From an uncultured Candidatus Micrarchaeota archaeon (lineage in GTDB: Archaea > Micrarchaeota > Micrarchaeia > Anstonellales > Bilamarchaeaceae): DNA of 64,000 bases. Made by a program: the position numbers and the translations under genes. This document shows, one piece after another, positions 18,677 through 27,325 of this stretch. A model generated the notes under the pieces. It worked only from the letters and a program-made list of their open reading frames with translations. It was not told the origin of the DNA and searched no databases. The stretch spans positions 1,088,001 to 1,152,000 of the forward strand of contig OY970229.1 in NCBI GenBank assembly GCA_963714085.1, read 5' to 3'. Positions within the stretch are counted from its first letter, which is position 1, and the number at the start of each line of letters is the position of its first letter.

Positions 18677-19421
18677 AATCGTCGAGAAGAGGAAGATAAG
18701 GTTCAAGAACGGCGTGCTAATAACCGGGCTTCCCGGCATAGGGCTCATAGGCCAGGTCGTCGGGCGCTACCTGGTGGAGGAGCTCAAGGCGAAGAAGGTC
18801 GCCAACCTGTACTCGAACCACTTCCCGCACCAGGTCTTCATGACCAAGAAGGGCGGGCTGCGGCTCATCAAGAACAGCTTCTACGAGTACCGCGACGGCA
18901 AGAACGAGTTCCTCATCCTGGTCGGCGACGTGCAGGCCATGTCCTCCATAGGGCAGTACGAGGTCGTGGAGTACATCCTCGAATACGCCAAGAAGGTCGG
19001 CGTGAACACGATACTGACCGTCGGCGGCTACAGCACGGGCAAGATAAGCGAGGATAGGCGCATATTCGCGGTCACCACGCACAAGGAGATGCTATCCAGC
19101 TTCAAGAAGCACGGCGTGATATTCGGGGAGGCCAAGGGCTCCATAGTGGGCGTGGCCGGGCTGCTTCCGGCCGTCGGCAAGCTGCGCGGCTTCAAGGGTG
19201 TGTGCCTCATGGGCGAGACCCACGGCGGCTACGTGGACACCGTCTCCGCCAGGAACATCGTGAAGCTGATCTCGAGCTATTTCCAGATATCCGTGGACCT
19301 CAAAAGGCTGGACCAGAAGGCCAAGGAGAGCGAGAAGATGCTCAAGAAGATAGAAGAGGAGATCCAGAAGTCCATGGTCGCCCCCTTCGAATCCCCCAAG
19401 GGCGTCTCATACATCCGCTGA
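18666..19421 (+). CDS. proteasome assembly chaperone, PAC2 family
   Basis: LITGLPGIGLIG, GDVQ, TVGGY, CLMGET motifs; operon context. Confidence 0.9.
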   Translation: MRTEIVEKRKIRFKNGVLITGLPGIGLIGQVVGRYLVEELKAKKVANLYSNHFPHQVFMTKKGGLRLIKNSFYEYRDGKNEFLILVGDVQAMSSIGQYEVVEYILEYAKKVGVNTILTVGGYSTGKISEDRRIFAVTTHKEMLSSFKKHGVIFGEAKGSIVGVAGLLPAVGKLRGFKGVCLMGETHGGYVDTVSARNIVKLISSYFQISVDLKRLDQKAKESEKMLKKIEEEIQKSMVAPFESPKGVSYIR

Positions 19422-19527
19422 GACTCCTGATTTTTTTATTTTCTGTCCTGTAGCGGCAGCCAGCCTAGCTAAAATGGGCATGGGCGGCCCTAAACGCGGA
19501 AATAAAAAATGGAGGAAGAAGCCGTTC

Positions 19528-19815
19528 CTAAAGCACGGTCATCTTGCCGAACTTGCCGAGCGTGAGCTGCGGGGTCCCCTGCCATTCGTTGACGTAGCCG
19601 TTCTCTATCTTCAGCTTCGAGCCCTCTTTCACGAGGTCTATCTGCTCGTTCCAGAGCACGAGCGTTATGGTGCCGCTGTCATCCTTTATCGTGGCGTTCG
19701 CCACCCTGAGCTTGCGGCCGTACTTGTTTATCTCCCTGGCCGCGTCTATGGAAACGACCTCTACATCGAGGTTCACGCTGCCGGTGCCAGGCTTAAGTTC
19801 GCTGATATTCATCAA
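19528..19815 (-). CDS. ssb: single-stranded DNA-binding protein (single OB fold)
   Basis: NISELKPG...VANATIKDDSGTITLVLWNEQ...NGYVNEWQG.PQL..GKFG. Confidence 0.9.
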   Translation of the reverse strand: MMNISELKPGTGSVNLDVEVVSIDAAREINKYGRKLRVANATIKDDSGTITLVLWNEQIDLVKEGSKLKIENGYVNEWQGTPQLTLGKFGKMTVL

Positions 19816-19909
19816 TACACCTCTTACTTTTTAGTTGTAAAAGGGGAATAATTAAAAATGGTGGGCATCGGAGATTTAAACTCATCCGGCATAGATAACA
19901 TCTGCTGCC

Positions 19910-19981
19910 GCCCCAGTAGCTCATCGGTAGAGCGCTCGCCTTGTAAGCGAGAGGCAGGGGTTTCAATTACCCTCTGGGGCT
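19910..19981 (+). tRNA. tRNA-Thr(TGT)
   Basis: GCCCCAG/CTGGGGC acceptor, GCTC/GAGC D stem, CTCGC-CT-TGT-AA-GCGAG anticodon arm, TTCAATT T loop. Confidence 0.93.
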
Positions 19982-20958
19982 TTTTTCAGCTCTCCCCTCA
20001 GCGGATTCAGCATCCTTTCCTCTATCGCCGCGACATAGGCGTGCCTGCCTATGAGGTGACCGAATTTGGTCTTTATCTCGAGGAGGAAGCGGTGCAGCTC
20101 CATGACGTCCTCCACTATGACGTCTACTTCTATGTCCCAGGAGCCGATCGTCTTGTTCAGGAAAATCACATTGTCGTGCTCGAGGCAGAACTCCAGGAAC
20201 CTCTTCTCTTTTTCCGCCGTCATGCCACGGAAACCGAACATGATCTTGTAATACTCCAGCCCCAGCTTCTTCGCGTCGTACCAGGAAGTGTAGCCCAGTA
20301 TGAAGCGCTTTTTCGTGAGTTTTTTGATCCGGTACTGGACCGCGTCCGGGGTCAGGCCCACCAGCGCGGCCAGCTCCACGGTCGTCGAGCGGGCATTTCC
20401 GTAAAGCGCGGCGAGCAGCTTCATGTCCGTACCATCCGGCTTTTCGGCCTCGGTCACACTCTCGAGCGGGAATTCCGGATGGCGTTCGCCTCCGAATGCG
20501 CGGTTCCACGACAGATACGTCTGGTATGTCGTGGTCGCGACCGTCTTCTCGATTATCCTTTTCCCGAAGCGCTCGGTCACGAGGTTCATGATCTCCTCGA
20601 CTTCGACCTCGTCCTTCGCGAGTATGCGCCAAAGCACGTCGTACTCCCCTTCGCAGACAACCCCCCAGAGCGTCCTTGGGATCGATTCGAAGAGGGCCAA
20701 AACATCCTTTTCGGTCTTATCGTCCATCACGTCGAACCTGAAATAGAGCCGATAGGATTTGAGGCCGAGCTTTGCGAAATTGACGTCAGCCATGAGCAGG
20801 GAGACTGCCCCCCTGTCCTTGAGGGTCCTGAATCTTCTCTCCACCGCGCTGCTGCTTAGCTTCAGCTTCCTGCCCATTTCTGTGAAGCTCGCACGAGAGT
20901 TGAGGTATAACAGAGTGAGCAGGTCCCTGTCCTTCTTATCGAGCCTCATTTTCTCCAT
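19963..20958 (-). CDS. Lrp/AsnC family regulator with duplicated HTH-RAM architecture
   Basis: Two HTH starts (LDKKDRDLL..L..NSR; DGTDMKLL..L..NAR), each followed by a RAM-like domain (GEYDV; GSWDIEVD). Confidence 0.88.
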   Translation of the reverse strand: MEKMRLDKKDRDLLTLLYLNSRASFTEMGRKLKLSSSAVERRFRTLKDRGAVSLLMADVNFAKLGLKSYRLYFRFDVMDDKTEKDVLALFESIPRTLWGVVCEGEYDVLWRILAKDEVEVEEIMNLVTERFGKRIIEKTVATTTYQTYLSWNRAFGGERHPEFPLESVTEAEKPDGTDMKLLAALYGNARSTTVELAALVGLTPDAVQYRIKKLTKKRFILGYTSWYDAKKLGLEYYKIMFGFRGMTAEKEKRFLEFCLEHDNVIFLNKTIGSWDIEVDVIVEDVMELHRFLLEIKTKFGHLIGRHAYVAAIEERMLNPLRGELKKAPEGN

Positions 20959-21074
20959 ATTTGCAATTATTACTAAAATATTTAAATAATTTACGGTTTT
21001 CTTGCGTTTTTCTTTGAAATATAATATATACTCTGATTGCTTAGTTGTAATTGGTGATAATTATGGTATTGGTT

Positions 21075-21590
21075 ATGAGCAACAAACCGAAAGAACTCGA
21101 ACATGCGGTGCTGGGGCCGGCAAGCCCGGCGCAGCTTCAAACGAAGCTTCCTGCAGTGGAGCCGATCTCGAAAATGAAGACCGTGGTCGTGATGCGGCAT
21201 GCGGAATATATAGAAAAATATGGTGCGTGCAGCCTCCATCCCATTGGGGAAAACCAAATCGCACGTGCTGCCGAGCAATTGAGGGGGGTTGTGAGTGGAA
21301 AAGATGCAGTCATTCTCATGTCTAGTGCTTTCTGGGTGCCTCTAAGTGGTGATTCTCTTGGCAAGAAACTCGGGATAACTAGGATAACGAAAGAAGAAAG
21401 ATTGACCATGGGGCGCTCAGATGTCCATGGATTGCTGAGAGATCTGCCAAAGATGGATGCGAGCGTCATCATCCTGGTCACGCACGAGCCAGAAGCAGCG
21501 GACCTTTCGTATACGCTTCGTGCCGTGTCAGTTAGACTCGAAAATGGAGGATTCTTCATCGCAAAACTGCAAGGTGATAACGATGGCTGA
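21075..21590 (+). CDS. histidine phosphatase superfamily protein (SixA-like)
   Basis: VVMRHA and IILVTHEP catalytic motifs. Confidence 0.7.
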   Translation: MSNKPKELEHAVLGPASPAQLQTKLPAVEPISKMKTVVVMRHAEYIEKYGACSLHPIGENQIARAAEQLRGVVSGKDAVILMSSAFWVPLSGDSLGKKLGITRITKEERLTMGRSDVHGLLRDLPKMDASVIILVTHEPEAADLSYTLRAVSVRLENGGFFIAKLQGDNDG

Positions 21591-22278
21591 ACTGAAATAT
21601 GGAAAAACAGATGAGAAACCGGGGTGGCCCAAAATGACAGCAAGAAAGCTCGGCCGTGCACTCGTAGGGGCAGCGTTCGCAGCGGGTCTTATGCTCTTGA
21701 CGCCGAAGCCAGCCAAGGCGGATTCGATCGAACTGATGGCAGGAAACAAGAGCGCCACCATGGACATGAAAGCCTCGGCTGACGTTACGAATAAGCTGAA
21801 CGTGCTCATCAGGGCGAGGCCGTCCGTGGATTACACTCGAGCGATCAGTTCATTCGGCCTCGTGGATCTGAACATCAAACTGGTCGGCGGATTGGATGCC
21901 ATGGGCGAGGTCCAGGCTTTCGGAGGGAAGGTCGTACCGAGGACCGGCGCGCAGTATTTCATCAAAACCGGGGATTTCAGCCTGTACGACTCGGCGACGA
22001 TAGGCCTGGACAGCAAACCCTATCTGGAATCAGACACTGTCCTGAGATACGTTCCGGTGCTTCGCAATAACCTGAGGCTGCTCATGCAGGCCGAAGGCTT
22101 GAGCGACGTAGACGCCGGAGGGAACGTTTTCAGCACGCAGAGGATGCGGCTCGGGGTCGAATCGAAGGGCTGGGGAGCCGGAGCTGCGATTGATCTGACC
22201 GAAACAGGTCGCAATCCGAGCGCTCATGACGGGGCATTCGGCTGGAATGCCGGCGGTTTCATGTCGAAGAGATTCTGA
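21583..22278 (+). CDS. hypothetical exported beta-strand-rich protein
   Basis: Hydrophobic signal ending PAKA, alternating hydrophobic/polar strands, terminal Phe. Confidence 0.7.
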   Translation: MAELKYGKTDEKPGWPKMTARKLGRALVGAAFAAGLMLLTPKPAKADSIELMAGNKSATMDMKASADVTNKLNVLIRARPSVDYTRAISSFGLVDLNIKLVGGLDAMGEVQAFGGKVVPRTGAQYFIKTGDFSLYDSATIGLDSKPYLESDTVLRYVPVLRNNLRLLMQAEGLSDVDAGGNVFSTQRMRLGVESKGWGAGAAIDLTETGRNPSAHDGAFGWNAGGFMSKRF

Positions 22279-22292
22279 TTCGGGTGAATTCA

Positions 22293-23018
22293 ATGACTCC
22301 TGCGATGAGGGACAAGGACGCCCTTTTCAAGGGCGAACAGGCAAAGGAATACGCGCTGTTCAATCGTGCGGTCCCGCACCACGACGACTTCCAGCGGACG
22401 GTCGGGCGGTTGGTGAATTCCAGCATCGTCCGCCCAGCAGTAATGCGCGGAAAAAAGGCAACGCTGGCAGAAGGCGGCATCGGGATCGGTTGCAGCCTCG
22501 CCATGGTGCTTGATGAAACAGGTGGTCTTGCCGGAGTGGAACGCCTCTATGCGATCGATGCAAGCCCTGCCATGGTTGACATCTGCAGAAGCACTTTCGC
22601 AGTTCCGCAGATAGAATTCGTAACCGCGGACCTGCTAAGCTTCCTTGAAGGTCCTGCACCCCTTCTGGAAGGCCTCTATAGCGCTTATACGATACACAAC
22701 ATGTCGCAAGCTGACCAGATACTCATCTTTAAGGCGATATACGCGAAACTGAAGCCAGGCGGTTGTTTTGTGGACGGCGACCTCCTCGCATACTCCGATC
22801 CGGAGGCACAGAAACGCACTTTCCAGTGGCAGCTTGAAATGGTCGTGAAGGAACTGCCCTCGGAACTCGCCGCGAGCTGGATTGACCATTACAACGAGGA
22901 CGCACCGAGGTATTTCACGGTGGAGCAGCTGCTCTCAATACTTTCAGGCATCGGCTTCAAGGCAAGCCTGGAATACCGCGAGAAGCTCGAGGCGGTGATC
23001 CTCGCGAGGAAGCCCTGA
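22293..23018 (+). CDS. class I SAM-dependent methyltransferase
   Basis: AEGGIGIG motif I, AIDAS.AM, SAYTIHN, LKPGG.FVDGD. Confidence 0.85.
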   Translation: MTPAMRDKDALFKGEQAKEYALFNRAVPHHDDFQRTVGRLVNSSIVRPAVMRGKKATLAEGGIGIGCSLAMVLDETGGLAGVERLYAIDASPAMVDICRSTFAVPQIEFVTADLLSFLEGPAPLLEGLYSAYTIHNMSQADQILIFKAIYAKLKPGGCFVDGDLLAYSDPEAQKRTFQWQLEMVVKELPSELAASWIDHYNEDAPRYFTVEQLLSILSGIGFKASLEYREKLEAVILARKP

Positions 23019-23149
23019 GTGTCACCGCGGAAATGAGGTCTGACGCAGTCCTCTACTTTCCGAGGAAGCCGACGTCCACCGCGGAAATCCACCCCCGGAA
23101 AGGATATAAACACAGAAAAACCGAGTGGCATCCATGACAAATTTTCGGG

Positions 23150-24196
23150 ATGATTCCCATGGAAGACAACGCCATGAAAGATGATGTTACCGGGAAAGAG
23201 TACGGGAAATTTCTCGGCGAAATCAAACGGAGAATTGCGGCATCCCAATATGCGGCACTGAAAGCAGTAAACAAGGGACTCATTGCACTATACTGGGATC
23301 TGGGCAAAAGTATCGTGGAGCAACAGGAACGATTCGAATGGGGTCGCTCCATTGTTGAAACCCTTGCCAATGATCTTCAAAAAGAATACCCTGGCATGCG
23401 GGGTTTCTCTTCGCAAAACCTTTGGTATATACGACAATTCTACATGAATTATAAGGATAATCCAAAACTCCAACCATTGGTTGGAGAAATAAGCTGGGCC
23501 AAAAATATCATTATTTTCTCCAAATGCAAAGACGAATTGGAAAGAGAATTCTACATAAAAATGACCAAAAAATTTGGATGGAGCAAGAGCATCCTTATCC
23601 ACCAGATTGAAGGCAAAGCCTATGAAAAATACCTTCTCAATCAGACGAGCTTTGATGGTACCGTATCCACAGAGTACAAAAACCAGGCCAAGCTCGCTGT
23701 GAAGGACGAATATACTTTTGATTTTCTTGAACTCTCTGAAGAGCATTCGGAAAAACAGCTCGAAGACGCCCTTATCGGAAAAATAAGCCGCTTTCTCCTC
23801 GAGATGGGAGATGGTTTTTGCTTTGTTGGAAGTCAATACAGAATTGAAATCAGCGAAGAGGAATATTTCATAGACCTTGTTTTGTATCATCGGAAGCTGA
23901 AAAGCCTTGTTGCAATCGAGCTCAAGGTCGGGAAATTCAAGCCGGAATATGCAGGTAAGATGCAGTTCTACCTATCGGTGCTGAATGACAAAGTCCGGCT
24001 GAATGGCGAAAATCCCGCGATAGGCATGATCATCTGCAAAGAGAAAAATCGAACTGTGGTGGAATACGCGCTCAAGGACGTGAACAAACCCATTGGCATC
24101 GCCACGTACAAGATTACTTCATCCTTGCCTAGGGGCTTATTGAAATACCTCCCTTCAAAAGAAAAAATCGTGGAACGGTTGGAAGCGTTGGAATGA
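23150..24196 (+). CDS. YhcG/DUF1016 family PD-(D/E)XK nuclease domain protein
   Basis: LYWDLG, GFSSQNLWYIRQFY, KDEYTFDFL, FIDLVLYHRKLK.LVAIELK.G.FKPEYAGKMQFY; AT-rich relative to flanks. Confidence 0.93.
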   Translation: MIPMEDNAMKDDVTGKEYGKFLGEIKRRIAASQYAALKAVNKGLIALYWDLGKSIVEQQERFEWGRSIVETLANDLQKEYPGMRGFSSQNLWYIRQFYMNYKDNPKLQPLVGEISWAKNIIIFSKCKDELEREFYIKMTKKFGWSKSILIHQIEGKAYEKYLLNQTSFDGTVSTEYKNQAKLAVKDEYTFDFLELSEEHSEKQLEDALIGKISRFLLEMGDGFCFVGSQYRIEISEEEYFIDLVLYHRKLKSLVAIELKVGKFKPEYAGKMQFYLSVLNDKVRLNGENPAIGMIICKEKNRTVVEYALKDVNKPIGIATYKITSSLPRGLLKYLPSKEKIVERLEALE

Positions 24197-24200
24197 TTCT

Positions 24201-25277
24201 ATGAAAACCGGCTCAGTCGACCTTCCGTTGCATCCTGGCAAGTGCCCGCCATGGCTGTTCCGCAGGATGAAGCCGCTCTCAAAGGCCATAAGCCAGCTGG
24301 TGATAGACGAGTACGGCACCCTGGAATTGCTCAGGCGCCTCTCCGACCCGATGTTCTTCCAGTCTCTGGCGTGCGTCATCGGGTTTGATTGGCATTCATC
24401 GGGTACGACCACCACAGCGTGCGGCGCCCTCAAGGAAGCGCTCACCGAAGACATGGGAATCGTCGCATGCGGCGGCAAAGGCAAAACATCCAGAAAAACC
24501 CCGAGCGAAATCACCGCGTACTCGGACCGCTTCAACATCTCCGAATCAAAAAGAAGCGCGTTGCTTCAAGCGACCCGCTTATCTGCCAAAGTCGACAGTT
24601 CCTGCGTCCAGGACGGCTACGAGCTCTACCATCATTCGTTCTTCATGGACGAGAAGGGGAACTGGGCGGTAGTGCAGCAGGGTCTCAACAACGGGAACGG
24701 GTTCGCGAGGAGATACCACTGGCTCGATACGGATAATTTCACCGAAGGGCCACCTGAGAGCATCGCTGGCATGAGCAAGGAGGAAAACGTGCTGAACCTC
24801 GTGAGCTCCGAGACCAACGACGCCCGCGAGCGCTCGGTTGAACTCGTCCAGGACAATCCCCTGCGGCTGCAGAAATACTTCACGGGCCAGACCACGCTTT
24901 TCGATTCCGGTTTCTTCGCGCTTCCGGAGCGGCATGAAATACTCCAATGTGATATGTCGAAGAAGGACTGGGAGGCGCTCGAGCGCGCGTACGAGCTGCA
25001 GCCGCAAAACTACAAGGAGCTCCTGTCGCTGAGCGGCATGGGGAAGAAGAAGCTGCGCGCCCTCGCTTTGGTTTCAAAACTGATATACGGGAGCAATCTA
25101 GACTGGAAGGATCCGGTCAAGTACTCATTTTCCCATGGAGGTAAAGACGGTTATCCATTTTTCGTTCAGCGAGATGTTTATGATCATTCCATATCGTTTT
25201 TACGAGATGTGATTGAAGCAGCTAACTTAGACGCAAATGAGAAGAAAAATGCGTTGAAGCGACTCTCGATTATTTGA
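24201..25277 (+). CDS. DUF763 family protein (3' end recoded by an insertion)
   Basis: DLPLHPGKCPPWLF.RM, GFDWHSSGTTT, AKVD...QDGY.LYHH, SFSHGGKDG motifs. Confidence 0.9.
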   Translation: MKTGSVDLPLHPGKCPPWLFRRMKPLSKAISQLVIDEYGTLELLRRLSDPMFFQSLACVIGFDWHSSGTTTTACGALKEALTEDMGIVACGGKGKTSRKTPSEITAYSDRFNISESKRSALLQATRLSAKVDSSCVQDGYELYHHSFFMDEKGNWAVVQQGLNNGNGFARRYHWLDTDNFTEGPPESIAGMSKEENVLNLVSSETNDARERSVELVQDNPLRLQKYFTGQTTLFDSGFFALPERHEILQCDMSKKDWEALERAYELQPQNYKELLSLSGMGKKKLRALALVSKLIYGSNLDWKDPVKYSFSHGGKDGYPFFVQRDVYDHSISFLRDVIEAANLDANEKKNALKRLSII

Positions 25278-25303
25278 AGACAAAATATCATGCGGTGTTG
25301 TTT

Positions 25304-26530
25304 ATGGCAAATGCTTCATCCTTGAATAGACTAGAGACAAAAGCAAAGAAAAGACAGATATTCATCGAATATTTGCAAAAAGAAGCTTCAATCGGTCACT
25401 ATCCTACATACAATGAACTTAGCGAACTATTCCACATTAATCTCAGAACTGTATTCCCAAGTATTATCGATGCATATCATCAAGCTGGTGTCGCATACGT
25501 TCGTGATCCAAATCCATTCATAAAATACGAAAAAGAACGAAAACTTACCGTAATCAGTGTCAAACTCTTTAGGAAAATGGGCTACAAAATTGAACGGATT
25601 TCAATTGGTCCATCCACAAAAGGCGGACCGGACATACTTATCCGAAATCCAGGTGGTAGCATCATTCCAGTAGAAATAAAAGGTTACCATAAATTCGGAA
25701 GCATAGGGGGTTATGGGCATCATACCCCATATTCACATTACTTTGGTATGGAGATGGAACAGCTTCTTTCTTACATGAGTGCATATTCTGCAAAGACCGG
25801 TTATCTTGTAACTAGTACGGACAGAAACAACTTATGCAACCCCGACCCCCGGGTGAAAATTTTCTTTTCAAATGATCTTCGGCATCTTCTTATACGATAC
25901 GGCATGCATGATGAACTGAAGAACCTGGAATGGGTGAGAAATACATATACATCCTACAGTAAGAGAAGTCGCATAGAGTTGACAAAAAACCGCATAAAAA
26001 AATATTGCAAGATGGCACTGGCGCAAGGGAAGTACACCAGCAGGAGAACACTTCAGGGAGCATTGAGAATCAATCTTAAATCGTACTTCGGAAGCATGAA
26101 AGATGTATACGCCGAAATTGGTGTGGATGCAAACTCCCTGCCAAACCATAGAATGGGCGGCCAAGCAGATAAAAGTGTCATGAAAGACCGAATTCTTGTT
26201 TATGTAAAATCTATGAGCAAAAAAGGAATAAAGGCAACGTACAAGGAGATACAAAGAACATTCGGGTGCCTTCCGAAGCTTTACTTCCCAGGTGGAATAC
26301 GTGAAATCTATGACCGTGCGGGTGTCCAATATGATCGCATTGCTGTTTCAAAGACCCCAGAAGAAAGGCGTGCGATAAGGAGTCGGATACTTTCGTATAT
26401 CCGAGAGAATGCTTCAAAAGGTAAACACATCGGATGGACGGAAATAAACAAAGAATTAAGGGTCGGCCTTGGAAATTATTTTAAGACTCTAAACGATGCA
26501 TATCGGGCAGCTGGAGTTACTCTCGAATAA
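25304..26530 (+). CDS. PD-(D/E)XK (restriction-like) endonuclease with four helical repeats; putative free-standing homing endonuclease
   Basis: GPDILI...IPVEIK core; four repeats of I..Y......G......(E/T)...........F.......Y..(A/I)GV; AT-rich. An alternative TTG start at 25274 overlaps the DUF763 stop. Confidence 0.7.
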   Translation: MANASSLNRLETKAKKRQIFIEYLQKEASIGHYPTYNELSELFHINLRTVFPSIIDAYHQAGVAYVRDPNPFIKYEKERKLTVISVKLFRKMGYKIERISIGPSTKGGPDILIRNPGGSIIPVEIKGYHKFGSIGGYGHHTPYSHYFGMEMEQLLSYMSAYSAKTGYLVTSTDRNNLCNPDPRVKIFFSNDLRHLLIRYGMHDELKNLEWVRNTYTSYSKRSRIELTKNRIKKYCKMALAQGKYTSRRTLQGALRINLKSYFGSMKDVYAEIGVDANSLPNHRMGGQADKSVMKDRILVYVKSMSKKGIKATYKEIQRTFGCLPKLYFPGGIREIYDRAGVQYDRIAVSKTPEERRAIRSRILSYIRENASKGKHIGWTEINKELRVGLGNYFKTLNDAYRAAGVTLE

Positions 26531-26556
26531 CAGAATTTGTTTTCCTTTTCAAATCC

Positions 26557-26655
26557 TACGACCACACCATAGCTTTCCTGCGGGATGCGATTGACGCGGC
26601 GAAAATGGATTCCGAAGAGAAGAAGGCGGCGTTGAGGCGATTGCAAGCCATTTGA
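26557..26655 (+). pseudogene. stranded original 3' end of the DUF763 gene
   Basis: Encodes YDHTIAFLRDAIDAAKMDSEEKKAALRRLQAI*, 20/32 identical and equal in length to the last 32 aa of the DUF763 ORF; no start of its own. Confidence 0.88.
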
Positions 26656-26699
26656 GAAAACGATTATTTTATAAAGAATATGATTGTATTATATAAAAT

Positions 26700-27260
26700 A
26701 TGATTCAGGAATGGGCGAAGTTCAAAGGATGGAGTGTCATGGAATACTTCCTGCTGAACCCGAATACGAAGATTCACATCAATGCCCTGGCCAGGGAACT
26801 GGGTATCTCCCCGAGGACAGCGCACGTCTTCTGCCAGGCGTACTACGAAGACGGGCTGTTTTTGAGAGAGGAGATCGGGAACATCCGCAGATTCTCTCTC
26901 AACGGAAGTGATTCGAGGGCGATCAGCCTCAAGAGGTTCATAGGGCCGTATCTCGTGTCCGACAAATCGCGCCTCAAGCCGTTCCTCGAGAAAAACAGCA
27001 ACGTCCTTTCCATCTCCATATATGGCAGCTTCGCAACCGGCGAGTACGGCGACCAGAGCGACCTAGACATACTGGTGCTGGCTGCCGACGAGAAAAAGCT
27101 GGATACAAGAGACCTGGCTTCCATAGAGCAGAAACTCGGCAGGGAAGCCGCCGTCACCACGATCCCCCTCGCGAAATGGAGGGCGATGGAAAGGAAAAAG
27201 CAGGACTTCTTCCTCTCGGTGAGGAAGAACTCTGTTCTCGTGTGGGGTAATCCGATATAG
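26700..27260 (+). CDS. HTH + minimal nucleotidyltransferase (MNT) protein
   Basis: N-terminal HINALARELGISP HTH and IYGSFATG....SDLDILV Pol-beta motif. Confidence 0.88.
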   Translation: MIQEWAKFKGWSVMEYFLLNPNTKIHINALARELGISPRTAHVFCQAYYEDGLFLREEIGNIRRFSLNGSDSRAISLKRFIGPYLVSDKSRLKPFLEKNSNVLSISIYGSFATGEYGDQSDLDILVLAADEKKLDTRDLASIEQKLGREAAVTTIPLAKWRAMERKKQDFFLSVRKNSVLVWGNPI

Positions 27261-27325
27261 TATCATGACGTTACAAACGCTTTAATTTCATTCCCTATCA
27301 TCTATCCCCCAAGCAGGTGCTATTC

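Noticed and set aside
19859..19889. Minus-strand sequence resembling a tRNA 3' end (GAG-TTTAAAT-CTC...CCCACCA), a possible att remnant
   Set aside because: The stem is only 3 bp, and TTTAAA lies about 30 nt upstream of tRNA-Thr, so it is better explained as that gene's TATA box.
19858..20859. Long antisense or alternative-frame ORFs (e.g. 19858-20859, 8584-9813, 34126-35271, 39499-40581, 50270-51283, 55087-56175)
   Set aside because: Shadow ORFs opposite well-supported genes in GC-rich coding DNA, with no recognisable motifs.
25100..26556. Group I intron, intein or IS element as explanation for the DUF763 insert
   Set aside because: The host ORF terminates normally with a substitute tail, so no splicing is needed; no intein motifs, transposase or terminal inverted repeats were seen.
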